Assembly (NCBI GenBank): GCA_030765585.1
Contig: JAVCCJ010000090.1
Coordinates: 1 to 37,923, forward strand
Reading direction: 5' to 3'
Origin: Candidatus Zapsychrus exili
Lineage (GTDB): Bacteria > Omnitrophota > Gorgyraeia > Zapsychrales > Zapsychraceae
Length of the DNA: 37,923 bases
Part shown: piece by piece, positions 19,739 to 31,775 of the stretch
Position numbering within the stretch: position 1 is the stretch's first letter
How the letters are laid out: every line of letters starts with the position of its first letter
Translations under genes and position numbers: made by a program
Notes under the pieces: generated by a model
Databases searched by the model: none
Seen by the model: the letters and a program-made list of their open reading frames with translations, nothing else
What the model was told of the DNA's origin: nothing

Positions 19739-20090
19739 TTCTTGCCCCCTGCTTATAATAATTCAGATTTAACTTATTTAAATAGTCTAGGTGCTTGTTT
19801 TACTGACTTTTTTCTACTTATCATAATTTAAATTTAATTGCAAAAAACGCCTAGCATGGCTGCAAATCCTGCCGACTCAAAACTAAACACCAATATTTCT
19901 TTTAAAACATTATATCACAAGCCAATTTGTTGTCAGAGAAAGTTTTATTATAGCCTTTTTATAAATTTATAGAAACCATAAGAAATACATCTTAGGAAGG
20001 GAAATTGAAATCTCTTGTGGCAGCCTTGTGGCAGAATTGTTATAAAAACAGGCATTTTGAGGCAAACACATACAAGTACACACAAAAACA

Positions 20091-20125
20091 AAAGACCCGC
20101 TTCTCTCGACGAAAAACGGGTCTTT
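20091..20125 (-). terminator. Island-supplied terminator downstream of tRNA-Met
   Basis: AAAGACCCG...CGGGTCTTT hairpin just past the CCA end. Confidence 0.7.
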
Positions 20126-20129
20126 AAGT

Positions 20130-20206
<77 letters not shown>

Positions 20207-20348
20207 GCATTCTGTAAAAAATTCTTTAATTGCTTCTTTAGAAATATATGTCCTAATCCGCTTAAGCGGATTTTACAGGATACCCGCGCGCGCGGCTATC
20301 TAAAAGCAAGTATTAGAGTCTAGGCCCTAGAACCTAAAACCTAAACAA

Positions 20349-20615
20349 CTATTCTTCAACATCTTCGAGACGATAAATCGTTTCACCTTCTCGTACTATA
20401 CCCATTTTCTCTCTTGCAACCTTTTCCAAATAAACCGGATCGTCTTCTAACTTTCTTCTCTCTTCTGCTAATTCTACGTTCTTTATCTTCAAACGCTGTA
20501 TCTGTTTTTCATACTCTGCTATTCTAGCTTTTTTATTACACATAACAAAATATGAAGGAATAAAAACAGCCAAAATCAAAAATGCAAAAATAAAAATAAC
20601 AATTGGACTTTTCAT
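20349..20615 (-). CDS. ftsB: Septum formation initiator FtsB/DivIC
   Basis: TM plus coiled coil, DPVYLEKVAREKMG..REGE; downstream of eno (conserved synteny). Confidence 0.85.
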   Translation of the reverse strand: MKSPIVIFIFAFLILAVFIPSYFVMCNKKARIAEYEKQIQRLKIKNVELAEERRKLEDDPVYLEKVAREKMGIVREGETIYRLEDVEE

Positions 20616-20707
20616 AACATCAGGATCTAAAGATTAGGTTCTAGCGATTAGGTTCTAGGTTCTAGCTTAACAACAAAACCTAGGCCCTAGCACCTGCATC
20701 TCTACAT

Positions 20708-22080
<1,373 letters not shown>

Positions 22081-22260
22081 TAAATTTTTTCTTAATACTT
22101 AAACCTTATCCCTTATTTGTAGAACGGCGTCCAAAATAACATAGTTTTTTTGTTTAGTCAAGAATTTAAATACGCCTCAAGCCTTTCTAGCTTTATTTTA
22201 TTTAGTTTTGTGCTATACTTATCTAACAAAAACGTCTAACCCATTACAAGGATTTAAGAT

Positions 22261-23943
22261 ATGAAAAAATTTAAAACATTCCTAAGACTTAACTGGCTTA
22301 AGATACTTCTTTTTGTTATTGCAGCTGCCGTAATTATCTTCTCTATTATTTTTATTAAGTATTGTATTACTAATTATTTTACTCTAGAACCATTTAGCCG
22401 TAGGCAAATATCAGGTCAAATGGCGCTTCTCTTACCTATGTTCGTGATCGTTCATATGGTGTCCTTGCCTATTATGCTAGGTATGCAATATTACTTTATG
22501 CAAGGTGGATTTGCAAAGATGGGACAAAGCAAAACTGCATTAGCTAAGGCGAATGTCAAATGGGATGAAGTAATAGGAATGGAAAACGCCAAACGAGAAG
22601 CCTGGGAATTAGTTAAGCTACTTAAAGACAGAGCACTTGTTCATGCAATTGGTGGAAAAATTATAAAAGGTACTATTATGATAGGGCCTCCTGGCTGTGG
22701 TAAAACATATCTTGCTAAAGCCATTGCAACAGAATGTGGTCTTCCTCTATTATCTGCAGTAGGAAGTGAATTTATTGGAATGTTCGTAGGTCTTGGTACT
22801 GCTCGAATGAAATCTCTATTTAAAGAAGCTCGCGCCATGGCAGCACTTCATGAAGGTTGTATTGTATTTATCGATGAAATAGATTCATTCGCTCGTCATC
22901 GCCAAACAGATAAAGGTTTTGGCGGCGGTGTTATGGACCGTAATGCAACGATCAACCAATTCCTAACAGAACTTGATGGGCTTCGCCAAGCTGAAAATAA
23001 CATTGTTGTTATTGCTGCAACAAACATCCCTGAAGATGAACTTGACTCAGCTATAATGCGTGCTGGTCGCTTTGATAGAAAAATTCATATAACAAAACCA
23101 AACCTAGATGAAAGAAAGGATTTGTTTGAATTCTATCTAACAAAAGTTAAAGCAGAAGATAAAATAGATCCTCAACTCTTAGCAAGAAAAGCGCTTTTCT
23201 TCTCTCCTTCTGATATTCATTCAATGATACGTGAAGCAAGTTTGATAGCACTTAGAGATGCAAGAGATACCGTTTCTATGAAAGATCTTTCAGAGGCTTA
23301 TGACCGTGTCACATTTGGCATGAAATCAAATATAACGCTAACCAAAGAAGAAAAAATTTGGACAGCTTATCACGAAGCAGGACATGCCGTTATCGCATAT
23401 CTTCTGCATCCTACAAACGACGTAATAAAAGCGACTATCATACCTCACAAAGGCTCTTTAGGTTTTGTTTATCAGCGCCCTATTGAAGAACTTCATTCAT
23501 CAAACAAAGAACTTCTTTTGGCAAATGTTAAAGTAAGCATTGCAAGTTACGTGGCTGAACAACTTAAGTTTGGCTCAACATCATCTGGTGTTGGCGGTGG
23601 ACGCGGAAGTGATTTTGATAATGCATCAAGAATAGTACAAGCCATGGTTTGGCAATATGGAATGGGAAAATCTGGGCTTATAGGAAACTTTATGGCTCAT
23701 ACAGATGCCTCAGGCCAACCAATAATGTCAGAAAAAATTAAAGAAGTCTTAGATAGTGATACGCAAAGTATTTTACAAGACTGCATTGAAGAAGTAAAGC
23801 GTACCCTATCAGAAAAACAAGATGTCTTAGAAACGTTTGCACAAAAATTATTAGAAAAAGAAGAGCTTGAATACGACGAGATAACAACTATATTTGATAA
23901 ATTTGGTATTCAACCAGCATCAAAGAAAATTGAAAAAACTTAA
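22261..23943 (+). CDS. ftsH: FtsH-family AAA+ Zn metalloprotease (divergent, short periplasmic part)
   Basis: 2 TM, GPPGCGKT, FIDEID, SRH RAGRFDR, HEAGH. Confidence 0.85.
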   Translation: MKKFKTFLRLNWLKILLFVIAAAVIIFSIIFIKYCITNYFTLEPFSRRQISGQMALLLPMFVIVHMVSLPIMLGMQYYFMQGGFAKMGQSKTALAKANVKWDEVIGMENAKREAWELVKLLKDRALVHAIGGKIIKGTIMIGPPGCGKTYLAKAIATECGLPLLSAVGSEFIGMFVGLGTARMKSLFKEARAMAALHEGCIVFIDEIDSFARHRQTDKGFGGGVMDRNATINQFLTELDGLRQAENNIVVIAATNIPEDELDSAIMRAGRFDRKIHITKPNLDERKDLFEFYLTKVKAEDKIDPQLLARKALFFSPSDIHSMIREASLIALRDARDTVSMKDLSEAYDRVTFGMKSNITLTKEEKIWTAYHEAGHAVIAYLLHPTNDVIKATIIPHKGSLGFVYQRPIEELHSSNKELLLANVKVSIASYVAEQLKFGSTSSGVGGGRGSDFDNASRIVQAMVWQYGMGKSGLIGNFMAHTDASGQPIMSEKIKEVLDSDTQSILQDCIEEVKRTLSEKQDVLETFAQKLLEKEELEYDEITTIFDKFGIQPASKKIEKT

Positions 23944-23984
23944 AAAGTACAAGATACAAGAAACAAGATACAAGAAACAAAAAC

Positions 23985-24147
23985 TGTCATTCCTGCGCCC
24001 TTTTGTCATTCCAGTTTTTTGGCGTGAGCCAAAAATACCGGAATCTCAAAAGGGATAAACTCCAGCAGGAATCTCCTAAAAATTCAATAAAAGACAGTTT
24101 TAAAAACTAGATTCCTGTATCCGCTTAACAGCTCCACAGGAATGACA
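23985..24147. repeat. Composite REP-like palindromic element
   Basis: Terminal IR TGTCATTCCTG/CAGGAATGACA; internal CAGGAATCT/AGATTCCTG; nested TGTCATTCC...GGAATCT unit. Confidence 0.75.
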
Positions 24148-24162
24148 AAATTTTATATTTAA

Positions 24163-25176
24163 ATGAAATTCACTATACAAACAAAACTTTTAGCATTACT
24201 ACTGGTAATATTTTTATCAATATCCTGCGGAAAGAAAGAGCTTCCTAAACTTACCCTAGAAGAAGCTCATCAAAAATTCATAGCAATATGTAAAGACGAG
24301 TACGGACTTGATGTAAGCCTAAAGATAGCTGATAATACTTTATGGATTTATCTTCCTATAGACCACCCATTCTATCAATACAAAGCTTCACCCCCTGCTC
24401 CAAGCACACAAGAAATAGTTGAAAAACATAAGATAAACAAACTCGATAGCGAATTTAAAGACTCTTCTTTTGTTATCTCCTACGATATTGTAAAAGACAA
24501 AATATATCCTTCAAAAGACCCTGGTTATGAGTCTAAAAATCACGACGAATTTTCTAAAAAATATAGAAAAATATTTGAAGCCATACTTCGCTCCTATTTT
24601 GATCTTAAAGAGTCCACCATGCCTGGGTTTGCAGTAAATGCGGAGCTTGAAATTGAAGAAACAAAAATAGACTCGTACGTCCAAAACGCGAGTGCGCCTG
24701 AATTCTTTGTTATTGTTATCGCTGATATAACATCTGGCCTGATTATTGAATATACCGCAAACCTAGATGATTATAGGCGCTATGCAAACAGCTCTCTCCC
24801 ATACGAAGAATATTCAAAACGACTACTTTATGATATGCGAGGAGAAGTAGAGCTAGTGGGCGACCGACAAGGAAAGAATCTAAAAACATATGCTATAAGC
24901 TGGCAAAGCTTCTTAAGCAGACAAATGAAGAATCGTATTAACTTTAAATATGGAAGAAGCCAGTTTCCCCCATCAGATGACACAAGAAAAGAAATATTAT
25001 CTGCAGTTGTTGAAACAATACGATTTTATAATTTTGAAGACTTTGATTCGGTTATGCTAAACAATCTTAGGAATGAAACAAATGAAGTTGTATCAAAAGA
25101 AGCTATTAAAAAATTAACCGAAGAGTCTGATGACCCTTCGGTGGGTAAATTCCACGTAATCAAATTTGGACTCTAG
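24163..25176 (+). CDS. Hypothetical lipoprotein
   Basis: Signal peptide with lipobox-like LSISC. Confidence 0.75.
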   Translation: MKFTIQTKLLALLLVIFLSISCGKKELPKLTLEEAHQKFIAICKDEYGLDVSLKIADNTLWIYLPIDHPFYQYKASPPAPSTQEIVEKHKINKLDSEFKDSSFVISYDIVKDKIYPSKDPGYESKNHDEFSKKYRKIFEAILRSYFDLKESTMPGFAVNAELEIEETKIDSYVQNASAPEFFVIVIADITSGLIIEYTANLDDYRRYANSSLPYEEYSKRLLYDMRGEVELVGDRQGKNLKTYAISWQSFLSRQMKNRINFKYGRSQFPPSDDTRKEILSAVVETIRFYNFEDFDSVMLNNLRNETNEVVSKEAIKKLTEESDDPSVGKFHVIKFGL

Positions 25177-25179
25177 GCA

Positions 25180-25800
25180 CTATTCACTAGCCGCTGATTT
25201 ATCTAGTACTTCTACTTTTCGACCCTTTACCTTCAATCTTCCGCCAACAAACATCTGTATCGCCTTAGGATATATACGATGTTCAATCCTATGAATTCTC
25301 TCTTCTAAGTCTACTATAGTTTCTTTCTCGTGAATCTTAATTGACTCCTGCATTATAATTGGACCATTATCCATTTTATCATTAACAAAATGAATAGTCA
25401 CACCCGTTACTTTCGCACCATAAGTAGATGCATCTTTTATGCTATGCGTCCCCTTAAATGAAGGAAGTAATGACGGATGAATATTTAAAATTTTTCTTGG
25501 AAACTCTTTAACAAAAAACGGAGTTAAAAGTTTCATATATCCAGCAAGTACAATAAAATCTATATTATTTTCCTTTAAGCTAATAACAATATCCCTGTCG
25601 TAACTTTGCGGATTTGTATATTCCTTAGGATTTAAGCACAACGTCTTTATGCCAGCTTCTTCTGCTCGCTTTAAAGCATACGCTTTTCTTCTATTTGAGA
25701 AAACAAGCGCGAGCTCTGCTTTTATTTTTTTCTCTTTAACAGCCTCTATTATAGCTTGCAAGTTTGATCCATTGCCTGAAACAAATACAGCAAATTTCAT
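25180..25800 (-). CDS. purN: Phosphoribosylglycinamide formyltransferase
   Basis: SGNGSNLQAI, LAGYM, NIHPSLLPSFKG. Confidence 0.98.
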   Translation of the reverse strand: MKFAVFVSGNGSNLQAIIEAVKEKKIKAELALVFSNRRKAYALKRAEEAGIKTLCLNPKEYTNPQSYDRDIVISLKENNIDFIVLAGYMKLLTPFFVKEFPRKILNIHPSLLPSFKGTHSIKDASTYGAKVTGVTIHFVNDKMDNGPIIMQESIKIHEKETIVDLEERIHRIEHRIYPKAIQMFVGGRLKVKGRKVEVLDKSAASE

Positions 25801-25814
25801 ATTATATATCCTCT

Positions 25815-27134
25815 CTAACAGCTCGATCCCAAACCACTGTCATCTATAGTATCTATAGTATTAGTAAACGCAAGTTCACCTTTTTTATCTTTAATAAAAC
25901 CAACAACCCCCACGCCGCAAACAAGCAATCCTATCCCAGACAATATCCATATTTGGCCTATAAATTCTGATAAGAGTGAACTTGTTATCATTGATATTAA
26001 AAACGCAAAATGTATTACTATTTCAAGTGCACTAAACACTTTCCCGCGCATTTCATTATCACTTACCATATGCACAACAGTATTTGATGTTATAAAAACA
26101 GGCCCAACAACCACACCTAACATTAATGCTAATAACATAGCAATAATCATATTCGGGAAATTATGCACAATAATAGCAAATGACATAAGCATAATGCCCC
26201 CTAAAATAAGGCAAAAGAATATAGTGTTATACCATTTAAACTTCCTACCCCACCTACCATATGCCAAAGCACCTAGAAATAAACCTATGCCTAGGCAAAC
26301 TGCCAGAACACCTAAATGTTTTGTAGCGCTATGAAATGTATTTTGAATAAAAACAATAATTACAACATAAACAGAACCAGCTGCTGCAAGCAAAATAAAA
26401 AGCATATTTATAATAAAACGAATATCTTTCTGCGCTCTTAAATATACGAAACATTCATTTATCTCGCCCCAAACCGATTTACGCTTCTCAACTGCCTTTT
26501 TCCAAGCCTTTGTTTCTATTATATCTTTTATTTCTCTCTTAAGCTTTATAGGTAGAGTTATAAAAAATATTATGGAAGCTGATACAAAGAATGTAAGAGA
26601 ATCAACAATAAATCCATTTCTTGCACCGAACCAATCAATTAAAAACCCACCTAAAGCACAACCTAATACAAACGCTATCATTCCAGTAGTAGATACTAGC
26701 GAGTTTGCAACTATCAGCTGATTATCATCAACTATATCAGGAATGATTGACATCTTAGCCGGCATATAGAAGCGGCTAAAACAAAACGCAAGAAAAACTA
26801 TTATGTAAATTGGAATCATGGATTCCCAAAATATAAATATCAAAGGGATCAATAAAACAAGAATGCCGCGCGCCAAGTCGCAGACAAAAAGCGTGGTTCT
26901 TCTGTCCCAACGATCTACAAATACGCCAGCAAATGGTTGAATGATAAATACAGGAATAATGGTAAACGTTAGGAGCTTGGCCAACATAGTAGGGGACCCA
27001 AACGCACGTTCTGCAACAAAACCAACTAATGCAAGCTGATGAATGCGATCGCCAAACTGTGATATAAGCTGCGCAAACCACAACCTTTGAAAATTGCGAT
27101 TATCTGAATGTGTAAGAATCTTGATTATACTCAA
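25815..27134 (-). CDS. MFS transporter (DHA3/MFS_3-like)
   Basis: 12 TM; QLISQFGD, AGVFVDRWDRR, MRGKV. Confidence 0.9.
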   Translation of the reverse strand: MSIIKILTHSDNRNFQRLWFAQLISQFGDRIHQLALVGFVAERAFGSPTMLAKLLTFTIIPVFIIQPFAGVFVDRWDRRTTLFVCDLARGILVLLIPLIFIFWESMIPIYIIVFLAFCFSRFYMPAKMSIIPDIVDDNQLIVANSLVSTTGMIAFVLGCALGGFLIDWFGARNGFIVDSLTFFVSASIIFFITLPIKLKREIKDIIETKAWKKAVEKRKSVWGEINECFVYLRAQKDIRFIINMLFILLAAAGSVYVVIIVFIQNTFHSATKHLGVLAVCLGIGLFLGALAYGRWGRKFKWYNTIFFCLILGGIMLMSFAIIVHNFPNMIIAMLLALMLGVVVGPVFITSNTVVHMVSDNEMRGKVFSALEIVIHFAFLISMITSSLLSEFIGQIWILSGIGLLVCGVGVVGFIKDKKGELAFTNTIDTIDDSGLGSSC

Positions 27135-27151
27135 TTAATATATCTCCTAAT

Positions 27152-27283
27152 AATAAAACCCAAAATCCAAATATTACAAAATTCAAAATAAATTCAAAAT
27201 CCCAAATTCTAATAAACATTTAGGTTTGGATTTTGAAATTAGGATTTATTTGGTAGTATTGATATTATTTGGATTTTGAATTT
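27152..27283. repeat. ~130-bp palindromic intergenic element, copy 2 (inverted)
   Basis: Matches the reverse complement of 1050-1180. Confidence 0.8.
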
Positions 27284-27342
27284 ATTCTTTTATAATAATA
27301 ATCATAACATTAATAATAAATCAAAAATAGATATATTCAAGT

Positions 27343-27393
27343 AAAAAAGGTAGCACCTTCCTTTTAGGGTCAAAGGAAGGTGCTACCTTTTTT
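27343..27393. terminator. 22-bp perfect inverted repeat, probable terminator of the sulfur/siroheme operon
   Basis: AAAAAAGGTAGCACCTTCCTTT / AAAGGAAGGTGCTACCTTTTTT. Confidence 0.75.
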
Positions 27394-27491
27394 GCAATGC
27401 TTTTGATATTAAACGCCGTTAGGAAATTTTAGTATGATTTGTATATCGAGCAAGCAGATACCATATCAACATTACTGTTTGAAGTCTCGCT

Positions 27492-28205
27492 TTAAGCTAT
27501 CGCTTTTAGAAAAGTCTCTTTCCCTATCTCCTTAATCAAAAGCGCTAGTCTTTGACGTGGCTTTGCATTTTCTTGATAAAACTTAACCACTCTTTCGACA
27601 ATATCTAAAACCTCTTCTTCATCAAATATCTTATCAAGTTTAAATCCCAAATGAGGCGTTCTTCCTCCACAACCTCCAAGATAAACAGCATACCCTATTC
27701 TCTTATCAGAATTTTTCGGATTCACTTGGCCATGTATACCAATTTCGGTACTTTCTGGTCTAGTACATCTATTAGGACATCCTGATATTGCTATTTTAAA
27801 CTTATGCGGAAGATCAAAAGCACAGCGTATCCCTCTTTTCTCTATCTTATCAAAAAGATCAAATGTATCTATAAGACCACTTTTGCACCAATTATTCCCT
27901 GGGCATGTTGTTGTGGATCTAAGTCTCGGGCCTGATGTTCCTATTGCAATACCTGCTGCTAAAGCCTCTTTTTCAACCGTATCAATATTTTCAAAAGCAA
28001 TAAAAGGAACCTCTATTCCCTGACGCGTTGTCGTATGCAATATTCCTTTACCATACTTTTTTGATATCTCCGTTAAAACAGATATCTGTTGTGCAACATA
28101 ATTCCCTTTTGTAGTACGTGTACGAAGCAAGAAATATCCATCTTGTTTTTGCCTTAAAAAACCTCGCTTTTTAAAAGCATCATAATCTATTTCTTTAATT
28201 CCCAT
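27492..28205 (-). CDS. Small siroheme-[4Fe-4S] sulfite/nitrite reductase
   Basis: TTRQG, CPGNNWC, LPHKFKIAISGCPNRC. Confidence 0.9.
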   Translation of the reverse strand: MGIKEIDYDAFKKRGFLRQKQDGYFLLRTRTTKGNYVAQQISVLTEISKKYGKGILHTTTRQGIEVPFIAFENIDTVEKEALAAGIAIGTSGPRLRSTTTCPGNNWCKSGLIDTFDLFDKIEKRGIRCAFDLPHKFKIAISGCPNRCTRPESTEIGIHGQVNPKNSDKRIGYAVYLGGCGGRTPHLGFKLDKIFDEEEVLDIVERVVKFYQENAKPRQRLALLIKEIGKETFLKAIA

Positions 28206-28216
28206 ATCAACTCCCC

Positions 28217-29494
28217 CTACTTAATAGCACCCAAAGCACTATTTATTATATCTTTTGTTTTTTCTATATCATCTTTACTATGTGCAAATGAAATAAAATT
28301 AGCCTCATATTCCGACGGAGCAAGAAACACACCGCCAAGAAGCGCTTTTCTATAAAATTGTTTAAATTGTTTCACTTTATCAAACTTAACACTAAACATC
28401 GCCCCATAACAACTAACAGACAGCTTAATATTATTTTTCTTAGCACCTTCTGTAAATGCAAATGATATATCCTCTGCCATCTCGCTTAGCTTTTTATAAC
28501 TTTTTTTATACGACCTTAATTTTTCTAAAGTTACTTTGCCAGCCGCCATCACAACAGGATTGCCTGCAAAAGTTGATGCCTGATATACTTGACCTTCTGG
28601 CGCAAGATGCTGCATAATATCATTACTTGCTCCATACGCACCAATAGGCAAACCACCACCAATTATTTTTCCTAAACAGGTAATATCCGGTTTGATGCCT
28701 AAGATATCTGCAACAGAAGAAAATCCAAAACGAAAACCTGTTATAACCTCATCAAATATCAAAAGAGACTTATAGCTTTTTGTCTTTTCTCTTAAATATC
28801 TTAAGAAACTTTTATCTGGCGAAACCACTCCATAATTGCCTCCAACTGGCTCAACAATCACAGCAGCAATATCACGACCATGATCATCAAAAGCTCGCCT
28901 TAAAGCTTCTCTATCGTTTATATCAACAACAACTGTTTGATCAATAAACTCCTTTGGTACACCTTTGCTCGTCGCAAGATTTAACGATGCTAAACCCGAC
29001 CCTCCTTTGACTAATAAATAATCTGCGTGCCCATGATAAGAATTTGTAAACTTTATTATCTTTTTTCTTCCAGTAATTCCTCGAGCCAAACGAATAGCTC
29101 CCATCACAGCCTCTGTTCCAGAATTAACAAAACGTATCTTCTCCATAGAAGGAATTACTTCCTTTATTAGTTCAGCAAGTTCAATCTCTGGCAATGTTGT
29201 CGCACCAAAATGCGCGCCATCTTCTATCGTACTTGAAACAGCTTTTGAAACTTGTTTATTAGCATGTCCTAAGATTAATGCACCAAAAGATAAAACATAA
29301 TCTATATAACTATTTCCATCATGATCCCAGACTTTCGAACCTTGTCCTTTTTTAATTACGATAGGATCGCCCGAAACATAATTAAAAGAACGTACTGGAC
29401 TATTGACCCCACCGACAAGCACACTCTTAGCTCTTTTAAGCAAAGAACTGTTTTTTGTCTTAACAATTATATTTTTAAAAGCTACTTTTGCCAC
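28217..29494 (-). CDS. hemL: Glutamate-1-semialdehyde 2,1-aminomutase
   Basis: GGVNSPVR, NSGTEA, FDEVITGFR, GKIIGGGLP. Confidence 0.97.
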   Translation of the reverse strand: MAKVAFKNIIVKTKNSSLLKRAKSVLVGGVNSPVRSFNYVSGDPIVIKKGQGSKVWDHDGNSYIDYVLSFGALILGHANKQVSKAVSSTIEDGAHFGATTLPEIELAELIKEVIPSMEKIRFVNSGTEAVMGAIRLARGITGRKKIIKFTNSYHGHADYLLVKGGSGLASLNLATSKGVPKEFIDQTVVVDINDREALRRAFDDHGRDIAAVIVEPVGGNYGVVSPDKSFLRYLREKTKSYKSLLIFDEVITGFRFGFSSVADILGIKPDITCLGKIIGGGLPIGAYGASNDIMQHLAPEGQVYQASTFAGNPVVMAAGKVTLEKLRSYKKSYKKLSEMAEDISFAFTEGAKKNNIKLSVSCYGAMFSVKFDKVKQFKQFYRKALLGGVFLAPSEYEANFISFAHSKDDIEKTKDIINSALGAIK

Positions 29495-30408
29495 GTCGCT
29501 ATATCCTTTGCATGATATGTGATAATAAGATCTGCTCCTGCCCGTTTAAAAGAATGCAGGATTTCATACACTATGTCTTTCTCTTTAAAAAAACCTTGTC
29601 TTGCACCTGTCTTAATTAAAGAGTACTCACCACTTACGTTATAAACCGCGAGTGTCTTTTTAAATGAGTCTTTTGCTTTTCTTATAACATCAAGATAGCT
29701 TAATGCCGGCTTTACCATAACAATGTCTGCGCCAGCACCGATATCTTCTTTTATTTTTTGCAATGCCACATCGGTTCTTTTACTATCAAGTTGATATTTG
29801 CTTCTATCTCCGAACAGAGGCGCTGAACTTGCTATCTTTCTAAACGGTCCATAAAAGTTCGATGCAAATTTAGCGGAATACCCCATAATCTTTACATCAA
29901 AATATCCTTCTTTGTCTAATTGTTTTCTAATCGCAGCAACTTGACCCTTTGCCATAGCAGATGGTGCAACATAATCAGCACCTGCACGAGCATGTGTTAA
30001 AGCCATGCTACTAAGCGCCTTCAATGTTTGTGATCTATTTATTATTTTTGCGCCTTTTTTAATTATTCCACAATGACCATGCGTCAAATAAGCACACAAG
30101 CAAACATCTGTCATAATCACAATATCCTTAAAGCTTGACTTTAAAGCACCAACAGCCTCCTCGACAATATTGCCTTGCCTGTAAGCGCCTGTGCCTTGCC
30201 AATCTTTAGAGTTTGGCACGCCGAACAATAAATATTTTTTTATTCCAAGTTCTCGTAGATGCCTTACCTCTTTTACAAGTGTATCCACAGAAAATCTAAA
30301 CACCCCTGGCATTGACGGAACTTTCTGCTTTTTAGACTCACCGCTCACAACAAACAAAGGATATATAAGCTGTTTTAAATCAATATTATTTTGTCTTCGT
30401 TTAGTCAT
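29482..30408 (-). CDS. hemB: Porphobilinogen synthase (Zn-type)
   Basis: DVCLCAYLTHGHCG, YSAKFAS.FYGPFR, MVKP, YNVSGEY. Confidence 0.96.
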   Translation of the reverse strand: MTKRRQNNIDLKQLIYPLFVVSGESKKQKVPSMPGVFRFSVDTLVKEVRHLRELGIKKYLLFGVPNSKDWQGTGAYRQGNIVEEAVGALKSSFKDIVIMTDVCLCAYLTHGHCGIIKKGAKIINRSQTLKALSSMALTHARAGADYVAPSAMAKGQVAAIRKQLDKEGYFDVKIMGYSAKFASNFYGPFRKIASSAPLFGDRSKYQLDSKRTDVALQKIKEDIGAGADIVMVKPALSYLDVIRKAKDSFKKTLAVYNVSGEYSLIKTGARQGFFKEKDIVYEILHSFKRAGADLIITYHAKDIATWQK

Positions 30409-31129
30409 TTTTAAACCTTATGCGCTCTTTTATAACATCACCAACTATCAAAACAGCCGGTGGCTTGACGCCTTTGTCTTTTGCCTTTTGCTCTATAGTT
30501 GATATGGTAGCAAAGGTCACTTTTTGATCCTTTGTCGTTGCTCGTTCAATAAAAGCACAAGGAACACTTCCTTTGCGACCACTTTTTTTAAGCGCTTTAA
30601 CAATATTTCTAATATTTGATACACCCATCAAATAAACCAAAGTCTTACACTTTGGTGCATCAATTTCTGCATTAATGTCTTTCTTTCTTCCTGTTAAAAT
30701 AGCAACAGAAAATATCTTGTCCTTTACAGTCAAAGGAATACCTGCTACCTCTGGTCCACCAATAGCTGATGTAACCCCTGGCACAACCTCTACATCAACT
30801 TTTTTGTTTAATAGATAACGTGCCTCCTGATGTCCACGACTAAATATAAAAGGATCGCCACCTTTAAGGCGTACAACACGCTTAAATTTTAATGACTTCT
30901 CATATAAAAGTTTATTTATTTCTTTTTGTTCTTTAAGATGCAAGCCATCAGCTTTGCCGACACAAACTTTCTCACAAGTTTTTTTGACAGTTTTAAGTAG
31001 CTCTGGAGATGATAAGAAATCATACAACACGCAATCAGCATTCTTTAAAGCCTTAAGCCCCTTAACTGTGATTAGTTCAGGATCTCCTGGACCAGCACCT
31101 ACAATATAAACTTTTGATTTACTGTTCAT
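30401..31129 (-). CDS. cobA: Uroporphyrinogen-III C-methyltransferase
   Basis: VGAGPGDPELIT, RLKGGDP; no fused HemD domain. Confidence 0.95.
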   Translation of the reverse strand: MNSKSKVYIVGAGPGDPELITVKGLKALKNADCVLYDFLSSPELLKTVKKTCEKVCVGKADGLHLKEQKEINKLLYEKSLKFKRVVRLKGGDPFIFSRGHQEARYLLNKKVDVEVVPGVTSAIGGPEVAGIPLTVKDKIFSVAILTGRKKDINAEIDAPKCKTLVYLMGVSNIRNIVKALKKSGRKGSVPCAFIERATTKDQKVTFATISTIEQKAKDKGVKPPAVLIVGDVIKERIRFKND

Positions 31130-31775
31130 AATTTAAACCTTTAAAAATATTTATAAGATCCTCTCTGCTTCTTTTTACCTGTATCGCAAGCCTACCCTGC
31201 AGGCAATGAGGCTTGATAATATTTTGATGAATCAACTGAGACATTCTATTCTGCAACCCTAGACGAATAAGTGCTGCGTGTGCAACGACGATAGCATCAA
31301 AGTCACCTTTATCAAGTTTAGCTATTCTTTCGTCAACATTTCCACGAATATCTGATACAACCAAATCTCCTCTATAATTTAAAACACCTCGTTCTCGAGC
31401 CTTACTACTTGTTCCAATTCGCGCGCCAAAAGGCAATTCGTCTAATGTGCTATTATTAAAAGAAACTAGACAATCATAGGGGCTAATTGTTTTTGTCATA
31501 GCGGCAATAACAAGGTCTTCTTTTGGTTCGTCATCAAGATCTTTTGCACTATGAACTGCTACATCAATTTCCCCATCAAGCAAGGCCTTTTCAATAGTAT
31601 CACTAAAGAAACTGGTATTTTTCTCTTTCGACAGCGACGTGCTTTTATCCTTATCTCCAGCTGTAAATATTTTAACTATATCTACTGAAATACTGGGCAA
31701 GCTTTTAAAAACTTCCTGAACCTGTTTTAGCGCAAGCGCGCTCGGCCTTGCTCCAACTTTTATCCTTGTATGCAT
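31119..31775 (-). CDS. hemC: Hydroxymethylbilane synthase, short form lacking the C-terminal domain
   Basis: R.S.LA..Q, TAGD, AVHSAKD, GTSS, IRGNV..R; ends at 218 aa. Confidence 0.85.
   Translation of the reverse strand: MHTRIKVGARPSALALKQVQEVFKSLPSISVDIVKIFTAGDKDKSTSLSKEKNTSFFSDTIEKALLDGEIDVAVHSAKDLDDEPKEDLVIAAMTKTISPYDCLVSFNNSTLDELPFGARIGTSSKARERGVLNYRGDLVVSDIRGNVDERIAKLDKGDFDAIVVAHAALIRLGLQNRMSQLIHQNIIKPHCLQGRLAIQVKRSREDLINIFKGLNYEQ

Noticed and set aside
20255..20272. Perfect 18-bp palindrome AATCCGCTTAAGCGGATT upstream of the tRNA
   Set aside because: Single short occurrence; no function can be supported from the sequence.
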